Source: a virus. From it: DNA of 64,000 bases. The position numbers and the translations under genes are program-made. The notes under the pieces are model-generated. The model ran no database searches. It saw nothing but the letters and a program-made list of their open reading frames with translations, and had not been told where the DNA came from. Below, one piece after another: positions 29,896 to 38,842 of the stretch; the stretch's first letter is position 1; each line of letters begins with the position of its first letter. The stretch lies in the IMG/VR virus record IMGVR_UViG_3300037089_000506. One strand, written 5' to 3'.

Positions 29896-29966
29896 TCCTC
29901 TTTTGTGTAAAAGTGGCATACAAGTTTTTGAAACTTAGGGAGGTGGGGCAGTACCATCAAGAGGAA
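29896..29966 (+). tRNA. tRNA-Gln(TTG)-like, non-canonical T loop
   Basis: TCCTCTT/AAGAGGA, loop TTTTGAA, T loop GGCAGTA. Confidence 0.55.
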
Positions 29967-30005
29967 CTAATTGGAACAAACCTAACTAATTAGTTAGAGG
30001 TTCCA

Positions 30006-30680
30006 ATGACAATAAGTTTTGTATATGCTCTGAGTAAAGAAGAAATTGAATATTTATTAAAGACAGAAGATTCATTACGAGAAGTTATGATTAAATGCGG
30101 TTTACCTACTAAAGGGGGTAATTACAGAACATTTAATAAAATGCTTATTAAAAAAGAGATTGATCCTATTTTAATAAGGGAAATTAAAGAAAAAGGAAGA
30201 AAATTAGTTTTTTCTAGAAGACAGACTCCTTTTGAAGAAATTTTTTGTGAGCATAGTAAAGTTAAAGGACATACTGTAAAAAAAGAATTAGCTAAAATAA
30301 TACCCTATAAATGTACTTGTGGAAATGAAGGGGAATGGCAAGGAAAGAAGCTTGTATTGCAGCTTGAGCATAAGAACGGGGTTTCTGATGATAATAAAAT
30401 AGAAAATTTATGTTTCTTGTGCCCTAATTGTCATAGTCAAACTGATACCTTTTGTGGAAAGAGTGATAACTTTAAGAAAGAGTCTGAAGCACGTAAACAA
30501 ATGAGAGAGCAGCTTAAAGAAGAAAAAAGACTTAGGCTCCTAAAAGAAAGGGTTCCTTTTTTGTTAACTATAAAAAAAGAATGGGGATGGGTAGAGAAGG
30601 TAGCAAAAGAATGGAAACTTTCTCATACAGAGGTACGAAGGTGGATAAATAAAAATTATCCAGAATTCATTGTCTCATAG
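30006..30680 (+). mobile_element. HNH homing endonuclease
   Basis: LQLEHKNG...NLCFLCPNCHSQT; stop overlaps tRNA-Gln. Confidence 0.85.
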
Positions 30681-30743
30681 CTCAACTGGTAGAGTGGAAG
30701 ATTCTGAATTTTCAGGTTCTAGGTTCAAACCCTAGTGGGACAA
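30671..30743 (+). tRNA. tRNA-Gln(CTG)
   Basis: GAAGA-TTCTGAA-TTTTC, U1-A72. Confidence 0.85.
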
Positions 30744-30831
30744 CATGAAAAGGCATTATAACTATCAGGATTTCTTCTGTTTGTGTAACATACAGGAGGG
30801 CTCAATGTCCGACTCGGGGTAGAACAATCAT

Positions 30832-30903
30832 AGGTCCGTGGTGTAACTGGTAGCACAATAGTCTCCAAAACTATTAGACTAGATTCGAATTCTGGTGGGC
30901 CTG
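30832..30903 (+). tRNA. tRNA-Trp(CCA)
   Basis: ATAGT-CTCCAAA-ACTAT, G73. Confidence 0.9.
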
Positions 30904-30980
30904 AAAATAATAATTCTTTATTATTCTCTTGACAAAACTAATTTTATAGTATATATTATCTATAGATAGGAGAAAATAGT

Positions 30981-31145
30981 ATGAAGAACTACAGTAGAAT
31001 GACTGAGGCTCAGAAGCAGAAGAGTGTTACCAAGATTTCTGGGGATATTCTTTTTGAATCTTCTGATGATGCTTATGATTGGATGAAACGATTGGTGAAA
31101 AAGGTACAGGAAAAGCAAGATAAAGAGAAAAATGAAGTTAACTGA
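30981..31145 (+). CDS. small protein, MKNYS family paralogue 1 (54 aa, below ORF-track cutoff)
   Basis: MKNYSRMTEAQKQK...ILFESSDDAYDWM; ~41-nt direct repeat with 31788. Confidence 0.65.
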   Translation: MKNYSRMTEAQKQKSVTKISGDILFESSDDAYDWMKRLVKKVQEKQDKEKNEVN

Positions 31146-31599
31146 TATTCTCAATGACTTCAATCCTCTTATGGAAGGGGACAAGAAAAAACCAAAGCAT
31201 CAAAAATCTCCAGTATCTCAAAAAATAAAACCAAAGCCTATAGTTAAGATTATCCATGCAAATACTTATACAAAAAATCTTGAAAAAGTATTAGAAAAGT
31301 ATTCTACAGAAAAAGAAAAACAGGAGGTTATATATACAATAGCCTACGTTCAACAATATCTGGTAGAACATGGGGATGGGAATGGTTTGCCTTACACTAT
31401 TCCCCTCCCTAGTGGTGGTGCCCAAACCTTAGACTATCATGAATGGACACCACGAGGACAAGGAAAATATGATTTTCATATACCAGGAGCCGATATAATC
31501 ACTATACAGATACAGCAGAACATTCGTGTTAAACCACCAGTTAAGTATATTACATTTTTAGATATAGGCAATCATCCTAATACTAGAGCAACCTCATAA
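31132..31599 (+). CDS. possible RelE/YafQ-like RNase-fold protein
   Basis: LDYHEW...YDFHI...ITFLDIGNH C-terminal pattern; weak. Confidence 0.35.
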   Translation: MKLTDILNDFNPLMEGDKKKPKHQKSPVSQKIKPKPIVKIIHANTYTKNLEKVLEKYSTEKEKQEVIYTIAYVQQYLVEHGDGNGLPYTIPLPSGGAQTLDYHEWTPRGQGKYDFHIPGADIITIQIQQNIRVKPPVKYITFLDIGNHPNTRATS

Positions 31600-31636
31600 G
31601 AAATACTATGATATACTTATCTTAAGGAGGATAAAC

Positions 31637-32116
31637 ATGGACATTAGGTATGCCATTCTTACTGAGAATCAGAAAGTTCAGCTTTTTGATAATATGAATA
31701 AGGGTATATTTGAGAACATTATCTTCTCTCCTGAGGATGCTAAAATAGAGAACGAGTTTATTGAGAGGATGTATATTTCTAGGAAACAGTATGAAGAACT
31801 ACAGTAGAATGACTGAGGCTCAGAAGCAAAAGGACGTAAGTAACTCCTCTCGTGGTGGGCATATTTTTGAGTCCTCTGAGGATTTTGAAGACTGGATGCA
31901 GAGGGTAGCGAAGCAGGTACAGAAAAAGCAGGATAAGAAGGAAACAGTATGAAGAACTACAGTAAGATAACTGAAGCTGAAAAGAACCTTATTTTTGAAC
32001 AGATGAAGAAAGGTATCTATACTGATATCTTGTTCGAGAAGGGAATTGATGCTGATGATTTCCACCAGAGGCTGCTTCAAGCCTCTGATAGTCATTCTGC
32101 TGTGGGGGCTGTATGA
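31637..32116 (+). repeat. three tandem overlapping ~55 aa paralogues (31637-31807, 31791-31952, 31949-32116)
   Basis: shared TE.QK and IF/LFE motifs; repeated AAACAGTATGAAGAACTACAGTA junctions. Confidence 0.65.
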
Positions 32117-32291
32117 CACAAGTAAAGTTTGAACGAGCCTTTAGTGAGGATGAGAGAAAGGTATTGACTTATAGAAAAGAATGTAGTATTGTTTACATGA
32201 GAGACGTAATAATAAAGCCTATTACTGGTGAGGTTGAAGTAAATAAGATTCAGGATGAGGCTTTAGGGCAGAATATAGATATTTTTGTGTA

Positions 32292-32864
32292 ATGGTAGTA
32301 GACTACCAAAGGGGTTTTTACATGAAGAAGTTTTTGGTTTTGTTCATGGCAATACTGGCGATGTCAGTATTGGTAATTGGTTGTAGTCCTTCTGTAGGGG
32401 GGGGGAGTGGGAATACTTATCTTAAGATAACTACCAGTTATTCCTATTGCTATGCCGTGGTTCAAAATGGAATGGGGTTCCCTCCTGGATGGAGTGGAAA
32501 TACTTACTATCAAGTAAATAATGGAACTTGGTGGATACGATGGGACGTAAGCAATAGTAGTTGGACTGATGCTGAAAATATGTATTATGGCTATAGTCCA
32601 TATACTTCACCTTTTTATTATTATATAAATGCTGTTATTACTCCAAATAGTAATGGAAATGATACACATTATACTTTAGTGCTAGGCACTACTAGCGGTG
32701 CTAATTATTTTACCATTACTTATAATGGTAAAATATTATCCCCAAAAAGTATTACTGCTGATGGCAAGCAGATATACACAAATGAGGGAGATATCATCAT
32801 ACTATCGTCAGGAAAAGGAACCACTCCACCTGATGATACAAACATGAATAAGAACAAGGAATAA
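32292..32864 (+). CDS. lipoprotein
   Basis: MKKFLVLFMAILAMSVLVIG-C signal peptide/lipobox. Confidence 0.7.
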   Translation: MVVDYQRGFYMKKFLVLFMAILAMSVLVIGCSPSVGGGSGNTYLKITTSYSYCYAVVQNGMGFPPGWSGNTYYQVNNGTWWIRWDVSNSSWTDAENMYYGYSPYTSPFYYYINAVITPNSNGNDTHYTLVLGTTSGANYFTITYNGKILSPKSITADGKQIYTNEGDIIILSSGKGTTPPDDTNMNKNKE

Positions 32865-33261
32865 AAATAGGAAGGGATACTACTTGACATTTCAACCTAC
32901 AAGTAGTATACATTTTATAAGGAGTGAATATGAAAGGGCTAAGGACATTAAATCTCTCTCCCATTGTGCGTATCCCTACCAAGGATCGTCCTATTCAAGA
33001 GGCGTTTGAGGAATTCCATGAAAAGAATCCTCACATTTATGCCAATTTAAAGTTGCTTTCAACCCAGGCTTACAATGCTGGTAGAAGGCATATTGGTATG
33101 AAATTTTTCTTCGAGCGTTTGAGGTGGGAATACATGATGGGTATTGAGGACCCTGTGAATGTGTTTAAGCTTAACAACAATTACACTTCATTCTATGCCC
33201 GTAAGCTCATCAAGAATAACAAGAAATTTAAAGACTTGTTCTGGACGAGGGAGAAGGAATA

Positions 33262-33816
33262 ATGAATTTCATGGAAAGGTTTATAGATTCTCTACATACT
33301 ACTGTAGAGAGATTACAATCTATACTACTTAAATATGATATTCATTTTTGTGTATTAGGTGGAGCTTCATTACCTTATTATGGGTTTAGTAGGACTACTG
33401 AGGACATAGATATATTAGTAGCGAGGGAGGATAAGGAAAAATTATTATTGATTCCTCCTTCATATTTGAAGGATAAATCTAATGGTAGAGGCAGAGTATT
33501 TATGTTGGAGGGTATAACTAAAATAGAAGTTATATATTCTGGGGATAAATTGAATGGTATTAAAGGAAAAGCATACCCTTATCCAGAAGAAATAAGTAAG
33601 AATAATCTTATTGATTTATATTGGTTAGTATATTTCAAGATTGAAGCCCAACTATATAATAAGAGTAGATATTATGATTTTGGTGATGTTAAGAATCTAA
33701 TAAAGGAGAATGATTTGCCTGAGGATTACATGAGTAAATCTACAGAAGATGTTGAGAACACTTATAAAGAGCTTTGGAAAGCTGCTCATGTTCCTACTTT
33801 GTTTAATGTAGATTAG
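33262..33816 (+). CDS. Pol-beta-superfamily nucleotidyltransferase (DUF6036/AbiEii-like)
   Basis: VLGGAS...R.TEDIDILV. Confidence 0.65.
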   Translation: MNFMERFIDSLHTTVERLQSILLKYDIHFCVLGGASLPYYGFSRTTEDIDILVAREDKEKLLLIPPSYLKDKSNGRGRVFMLEGITKIEVIYSGDKLNGIKGKAYPYPEEISKNNLIDLYWLVYFKIEAQLYNKSRYYDFGDVKNLIKENDLPEDYMSKSTEDVENTYKELWKAAHVPTLFNVD

Positions 33817-33817
33817 A

Positions 33818-33893
33818 GGCTCTAGGGTCTGCATGGGGTGGACATCAGCTTGTCACGCTGAAGAACAGGAGGGTTCGATACCCTCTAGAGTCG
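33818..33893 (+). tRNA. tRNA-Asp(GTC)
   Basis: TCAGC-TTGTCAC-GCTGA, G73. Confidence 0.9.
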
Positions 33894-33895
33894 GA

Positions 33896-33968
33896 GCAGG
33901 GGGATGTGGGTTCGACTCCCATGAGTGGTGGTACCGCCCAGTCGTCTAAGTGGAATAGGATTCCCTGC
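33896..33968 (+). ncRNA. minimal circularly permuted tRNA mimic
   Basis: GCAGGGG/TCCCTGC closing stem, GTGGG-TTCGACT-CCCAT T arm, loop-closed acceptor, D arm with AGTGG. Confidence 0.65.
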
Positions 33969-33984
33969 GTTTTTTTATAGATAT

Positions 33985-34068
33985 GCGTCGTTATACCGTA
34001 AGTGGCAGCGGGCCTGACTGTAGATCAGGTGTCGATAGACTCGGGTGGTTCGACTCCATCACGGCGCA
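33985..34068 (+). tRNA. tRNA-Tyr(GTA)
   Basis: CCTGA-CTGTAGA-TCAGG, long variable arm, A73. Confidence 0.9.
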
Positions 34069-34702
34069 CTATGAAAGGTAAGAATTTTAGCGGTAATAAT
34101 CTGAGGAATAATACTAATATATAAAGGAGTTCAAATGAAGTAGATTTCTAATAGAAGCCCTCCTTAATTGTCAGGAGTATAATATATAGTACTGACAAAT
34201 AAAAGGAGAATACAATGAGTGAAATTATTGAACAGACAGTAATTAGGGACTATATTGTTAGTCGTCAAAAGTATGAAGAGTTAAAAGCCCTTCAAATACA
34301 GATCGGAGTTTATGGCAAACTCAATCAAGATGCCATCAATCAATATTACCAAGCTCGCCGCACATTCTATAAAAATAAAGGTATACCTATCCCCTATGAT
34401 GATCCTTATTATCAAAATAATGATAATGGACATTATACCTCACGAGATGTCTATGAAGGATTTGAATTTACAGAAACAAGAGTACCTTATAAAATAGGGA
34501 AGCATGAGGCTCGTTATTTGAATGTTATTTATGGTATTATAAAAGGTAGGGAATATAAAACTATTGAAAAGAAGGTTCGTAAGGGTAATGAACTCAATAC
34601 AGACAATGAATTCTTGCATAAAGGTAATGTCAAATATTATGGACAAAAGTATGGATTATCATCAAAAGAAATTGACATTATTTTATCTAAGGTGGTAGGG
34701 AT

Positions 34703-35065
34703 ATGGTAAAACAAATCATTATTATCAACCCAGATACAGGATACAGCAAAGGTAGGATGATGGCTCAGTGCGCCCATGCATCTATTATGAGTATCCTCCA
34801 TCAAGGAGAGTATGAGGGGAATACTTTTATTATTAGGAATCTGGATGAAGAAATGCTTTATTGGATGAAAGAATCCTTTACAAAAATAGTGTATAAAGCT
34901 AAATCTGAGGATGAGCTAATATCTATTTTAGTTTATTCTAAAGATAAAGGAATCCCTGTTTACCCAATGATAGAGGATGATGGTATTCTTACAGCTCTAG
35001 CTTTAAAGCCCTCTGAAGAATCAAAGTTTTCCTTTCTGGAACCATATAAACTTAGATTAGCATAA
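34703..35065 (+). CDS. peptidyl-tRNA hydrolase, PTH2 family
   Basis: KQIIII...SKGRMMAQCAHAS, KIVYK, TALAL.P. Confidence 0.85.
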   Translation: MVKQIIIINPDTGYSKGRMMAQCAHASIMSILHQGEYEGNTFIIRNLDEEMLYWMKESFTKIVYKAKSEDELISILVYSKDKGIPVYPMIEDDGILTALALKPSEESKFSFLEPYKLRLA

Positions 35066-35303
35066 TCATGGGTTGACATTACTGTAAATATGAAGTAGTA
35101 TAGTAGGGAGGAGTAATCCTCCCTATTTTTTAGGAGTAAGATATGAATCAGGCAGAAAAAGAGTGGATGGAGAAACGATGGCCTCAATTAAAGGCTCTAG
35201 AAGTAGAGCATAAACTAAGAAAAGAAATTTTTGAATGGGAAGAAATAGTAGATAATGAAATCTTTGGAGCAAAGATTGATATTATTAATCACAGTGAGGA
35301 ACG

Positions 35304-35756
35304 ATGGAGAAAACCTTTAAAGGAAGTACCATGATTTACGGTTTTTTTGGTGAGTATAGCTTTTTAAGTAATTTCCATCTTTGTGAAATTCCTTTTGAAG
35401 GGCTCATTTACCCCTCTACCGAATATGCATTTCAGGCTGCTAAAACTTTAGACATTCAGGAACGAAAGTTTATTAGAACGGCTACTACTTGTGGTAAGGC
35501 TAAACGAGCAGGAATGACAGTAACATTACGTTCTGATTGGGAGGGAATAAAAATAGGTATTATGTATGATGTGAATATGACTAAATATGAAACATATCCT
35601 GAGCTTAAGGAGAAACTTCTAGCTACAGGTGAAGAAGAACTTGTAGAAGGCAATACGTGGGGAGATACCTTCTGGGGACAGGTAGATGGAATTGGCAAGA
35701 ATTATTTAGGTTTAGTTTTAATGCAGATTAGAAAGGAACTAAAAGAGGGCCTATAG
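35304..35756 (+). CDS. NADAR family protein
   Basis: FLSNF, STEYAFQAAK, DWE..K..IM, LVEGN.WGD.FWG, N.LG..LM.IR. Confidence 0.9.
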   Translation: MEKTFKGSTMIYGFFGEYSFLSNFHLCEIPFEGLIYPSTEYAFQAAKTLDIQERKFIRTATTCGKAKRAGMTVTLRSDWEGIKIGIMYDVNMTKYETYPELKEKLLATGEEELVEGNTWGDTFWGQVDGIGKNYLGLVLMQIRKELKEGL

Positions 35757-35817
35757 CTCAGTGGTAAAGCACCGTCCTCTAAACACGGGAACTAGGGTTC
35801 AATTCCCTATAGGCTCA
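35747..35817 (+). tRNA. amber suppressor-type tRNA (CTA)
   Basis: complete cloverleaf, loop CT-CTA-AA, C31:C39 mismatch. Confidence 0.75.
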
Positions 35818-35831
35818 AAAGGAGATAATAT

Positions 35832-36083
35832 ATGATAACGATGTACCATTGGTGGGCTTCCTGGTGTATGCCCTGTAGGGTAGCAGAGCCAATATGGCTA
35901 AAATTCAAATCACTACATCCAGAGGTAGAATTCCATGATATTGATGCTGATACTGATGATCCCATTGGTAGAAAATATTCAGTAATGTCTATCCCTAATT
36001 TCATTGCAGAAAAGGAAGACGGAACTACAAAACAGCATTTAGGCGTACCCAAGCTTGAAGATTTAGAGGCATTATTATCCTAA
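35832..36083 (+). CDS. thioredoxin
   Basis: WCMPC, SIP cis-Pro motif. Confidence 0.85.
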   Translation: MITMYHWWASWCMPCRVAEPIWLKFKSLHPEVEFHDIDADTDDPIGRKYSVMSIPNFIAEKEDGTTKQHLGVPKLEDLEALLS

Positions 36084-36130
36084 AGTAGTTTATTCCCCTA
36101 TCTTCTAACTAATTAGGGATAGGGATACAC

Positions 36131-38632
36131 ATGAGGATACAAGAAATTTTTTCTCAGTTTGTTTACCATCAGCCTAAAGACCCTTTACAAATAATGATAG
36201 ACTTTTATTTTATGGTAGGCTATGTCTATGGTACTGACTTTAAGGATGATGTTGTTGATTGGGTAATGAAAGAAGCTGTCAAAGACTGTGTTGACCTTCA
36301 TTCAAAGTTTTTAATAAAATCCCTGAAATATTGTTGCTCTGCTGAACTAAAACACATTACAGAATATTGTAATGCATTAAAAAGCGCTGCCAGAAAAAGT
36401 ACCCCTGAAGAAGCACAAGAAGCACTAAAAGAACATTATTCTCCTCGCACTTTTAAGTTCCTAGTAAAATATCTTTCAATCTTTCCTCTTTTTTATAATG
36501 CCTCAGGGGCGGACAATGTTAGTCCTTATACTAAATTTAATCATCGTTTAGACTTGAATAAACGTAACTCTCGGTTTCCCATAAATAAAGATTCAGGAAA
36601 ATATTTAAACCAATTCAAGGCTGTAATAGCTACTCAACGTGCTCTGAATTATTCCGATACAGATATAGCTATAGTATTCGTAGAGATGTTTGATGATGAT
36701 GAAGGATGGAATGGAGCATTTGGTGGACATGCGTGGCAAAAAATAGCACAATGTATGTTGGATTTACTTAGAGCAAAAAAAATTGGAGAAAAAATAATTT
36801 ATTGTGACCATGCTTATGATTTAGAGCATAACACAGGAATTGTATTCAATAAACTGGAAAAATTCTCAAAAAATGGTAGTTTTGGATGGATAAAAGATGA
36901 GTTGGATTGGAAACGAAATAATACATCATTAAAAGCATTTTATGATAAAGTATCAACACAGTTACAACCAGTAGTTGCATATGTAAGCAAATATAAATAT
37001 GAGGATACTATACTCCCACCAGAAGAAAAAAAGGTAATAGCAACTATAAAACAAAGTATTCAAGGCAAAGCAGTACAGGGAGCCAAAAAGGAAATAAAAG
37101 TTCCTGTTACTTCTTCTACTGTTAAAGTAGGAAAAGATGTTATTTTAAATCCTGATTATATAGTAATTAAACCTAATTTAAAACAATATGAAGGTAAAGT
37201 TGGACAAATTACTGAAGCTAGTCCTAAGCTTAGGGTATATTGGGAAGGATTAGGAGAGGCTTATTTCTCCGAGTATTATTTTGTTGTAGCTAATAATTCA
37301 ATTCATCAACCTATTCATCAACCTATTTTATTTTATGCTCCTGAAAATACATTGGAGATAGAGGATACTACTGAGAACACTACATCTAAAAAATCAATAC
37401 CAGTTACGCCAGAGAATGTTAGTATAGGGGATATGGTGCAATATAATCCTGCTACAGAAATAGAAAATAAAAAAGTAGGAGAGGTAATAAAACTAGAACC
37501 TGGATATATATCAATTAAATGGGAAAAAGGAAATGATACTCATTCTATTTGGTGGGATAAAGTAGGGGGAATGTCTACATTTATATTTGCTGAACCTTCC
37601 AAAAATAAAGATAATAAAAAGAAAACGACTAATGAATTACAAGTAGGGGATGAAGGGTTAATAAGAAAACAGATTTATACTATTGATGAGTTTGAAGTGG
37701 GTAAAAAAATTATATTTACTAACCTAGAGAATAAAGAATACACAGGTGTAATAACAAAGAATACAGGATTAACTGTATCTATTAAGTATGATGAGACTCC
37801 ATCTACTAATACAGAAACTCCTTATGATGCTTATGATATAATAGAATTACTAAAAGAAGGGAAAAGAAAGTTTGAATTATTAGTTCCTAAAGAAGAAACT
37901 ACTTCTCCTCTTAAAAATATACCTCTCACTATGAAAAATGTTAAAGTAGGAATGACAATAGGATGGAATCCTGACTATGTATTCCAAAACTCTATCCCAG
38001 AGGATGATATATATACTCTTACTGCTACAATACTTTCTTTTAATCCTGAGTATAGCAGCCCAATAAGAGTTAAATGGAGTGATAATGATATTACTAATGA
38101 AGACTTACTATCTGCGGGAATACCACGATTGCTTATTCTTTCAGACTATAATGAGATTGAATCTGAGTATGATCCTGCTGATGATGGCTGGATTCTAATA
38201 ACAGATACTGATAATCTTACTTTTGGGGATATTTCTATGTATTATGATAAAGCTGTACCTGATTATGCATACAATAAGAGTACTGGTATAATTAAAAATA
38301 TTGAGGGTGATGATGTAGATATTGACTGGAATGATGGTACTTCTGCTGTATATAATTCTAGGTTATTTGCTGAATATCCTAATTATTATTACAAACCCCA
38401 AAGAAAAGGTGCTGAAGAAAACCTAAACGATACGTTTGGTCCTGTTCAATGGGCACCAGTAGATATAAAAGAAGTAGTTGTGGGAGACTTAATACGAGAT
38501 GCTAATCAGGAACAATATGAAGTTTTAAAAACATATATAGACGGAGTAACTTTACAAAGAGAAAATAAACAGGGACTTTATATAGATTTTGATCATTTGT
38601 TTAGCATGGGACCATGGGAGAAAGTGGCTTGA
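36131..38632 (+). CDS. large hypothetical protein with repeated SH3/KOW-like modules
   Basis: 833 aa; recurrent V.VG..V/I modules in the C-terminal 500 aa. Confidence 0.55.
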   Translation: MRIQEIFSQFVYHQPKDPLQIMIDFYFMVGYVYGTDFKDDVVDWVMKEAVKDCVDLHSKFLIKSLKYCCSAELKHITEYCNALKSAARKSTPEEAQEALKEHYSPRTFKFLVKYLSIFPLFYNASGADNVSPYTKFNHRLDLNKRNSRFPINKDSGKYLNQFKAVIATQRALNYSDTDIAIVFVEMFDDDEGWNGAFGGHAWQKIAQCMLDLLRAKKIGEKIIYCDHAYDLEHNTGIVFNKLEKFSKNGSFGWIKDELDWKRNNTSLKAFYDKVSTQLQPVVAYVSKYKYEDTILPPEEKKVIATIKQSIQGKAVQGAKKEIKVPVTSSTVKVGKDVILNPDYIVIKPNLKQYEGKVGQITEASPKLRVYWEGLGEAYFSEYYFVVANNSIHQPIHQPILFYAPENTLEIEDTTENTTSKKSIPVTPENVSIGDMVQYNPATEIENKKVGEVIKLEPGYISIKWEKGNDTHSIWWDKVGGMSTFIFAEPSKNKDNKKKTTNELQVGDEGLIRKQIYTIDEFEVGKKIIFTNLENKEYTGVITKNTGLTVSIKYDETPSTNTETPYDAYDIIELLKEGKRKFELLVPKEETTSPLKNIPLTMKNVKVGMTIGWNPDYVFQNSIPEDDIYTLTATILSFNPEYSSPIRVKWSDNDITNEDLLSAGIPRLLILSDYNEIESEYDPADDGWILITDTDNLTFGDISMYYDKAVPDYAYNKSTGIIKNIEGDDVDIDWNDGTSAVYNSRLFAEYPNYYYKPQRKGAEENLNDTFGPVQWAPVDIKEVVVGDLIRDANQEQYEVLKTYIDGVTLQRENKQGLYIDFDHLFSMGPWEKVA

Positions 38633-38657
38633 CATTAGTAATAATGTAAAGTATAAT
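38629..38657 (+). promoter_or_regulatory. consensus sigma70 promoter for the tmRNA-like RNA
   Basis: TTGACA-17-TATAAT. Confidence 0.85.
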
Positions 38658-38667
38658 ATTAATACAA

Positions 38668-38789
38668 GGGGAGTTGTTGATTCGATTAAGCTGATGATTA
38701 GACCTAACGGATATGCCTAAAAATCGAACAGGTCTGTTCCTTAAACGGATGCATTAGTTTAAGACTCGGGGCCAAACCCGAACTCTCCA
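38668..38789 (+). ncRNA. miniature tmRNA-like RNA (tRNA-like domain, no recognisable tag frame)
   Basis: GGGGAGT/ACTCTCC-A acceptor with G3:U70, stemless D region GATTCGA, 11-bp P2, GAC before the T arm. Confidence 0.7.
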
Positions 38790-38842
38790 TCAATGTAAAA
38801 AAAGATATTGACATTTAGTATTTTTATCTGTATACTATAACT

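Noticed and set aside
30978-31965. CRISPR-like repeats (AGTATGAAGAACTACAGTA x3)
   Set aside because: Repeats are the starts of paralogous ORFs with irregular long spacing; no cas genes.
35747-35817. Pyrrolysine tRNA
   Set aside because: Has a normal 2-nt spacer, 5-bp anticodon stem and A73; lacks tRNA-Pyl features; no pyl genes in the window.
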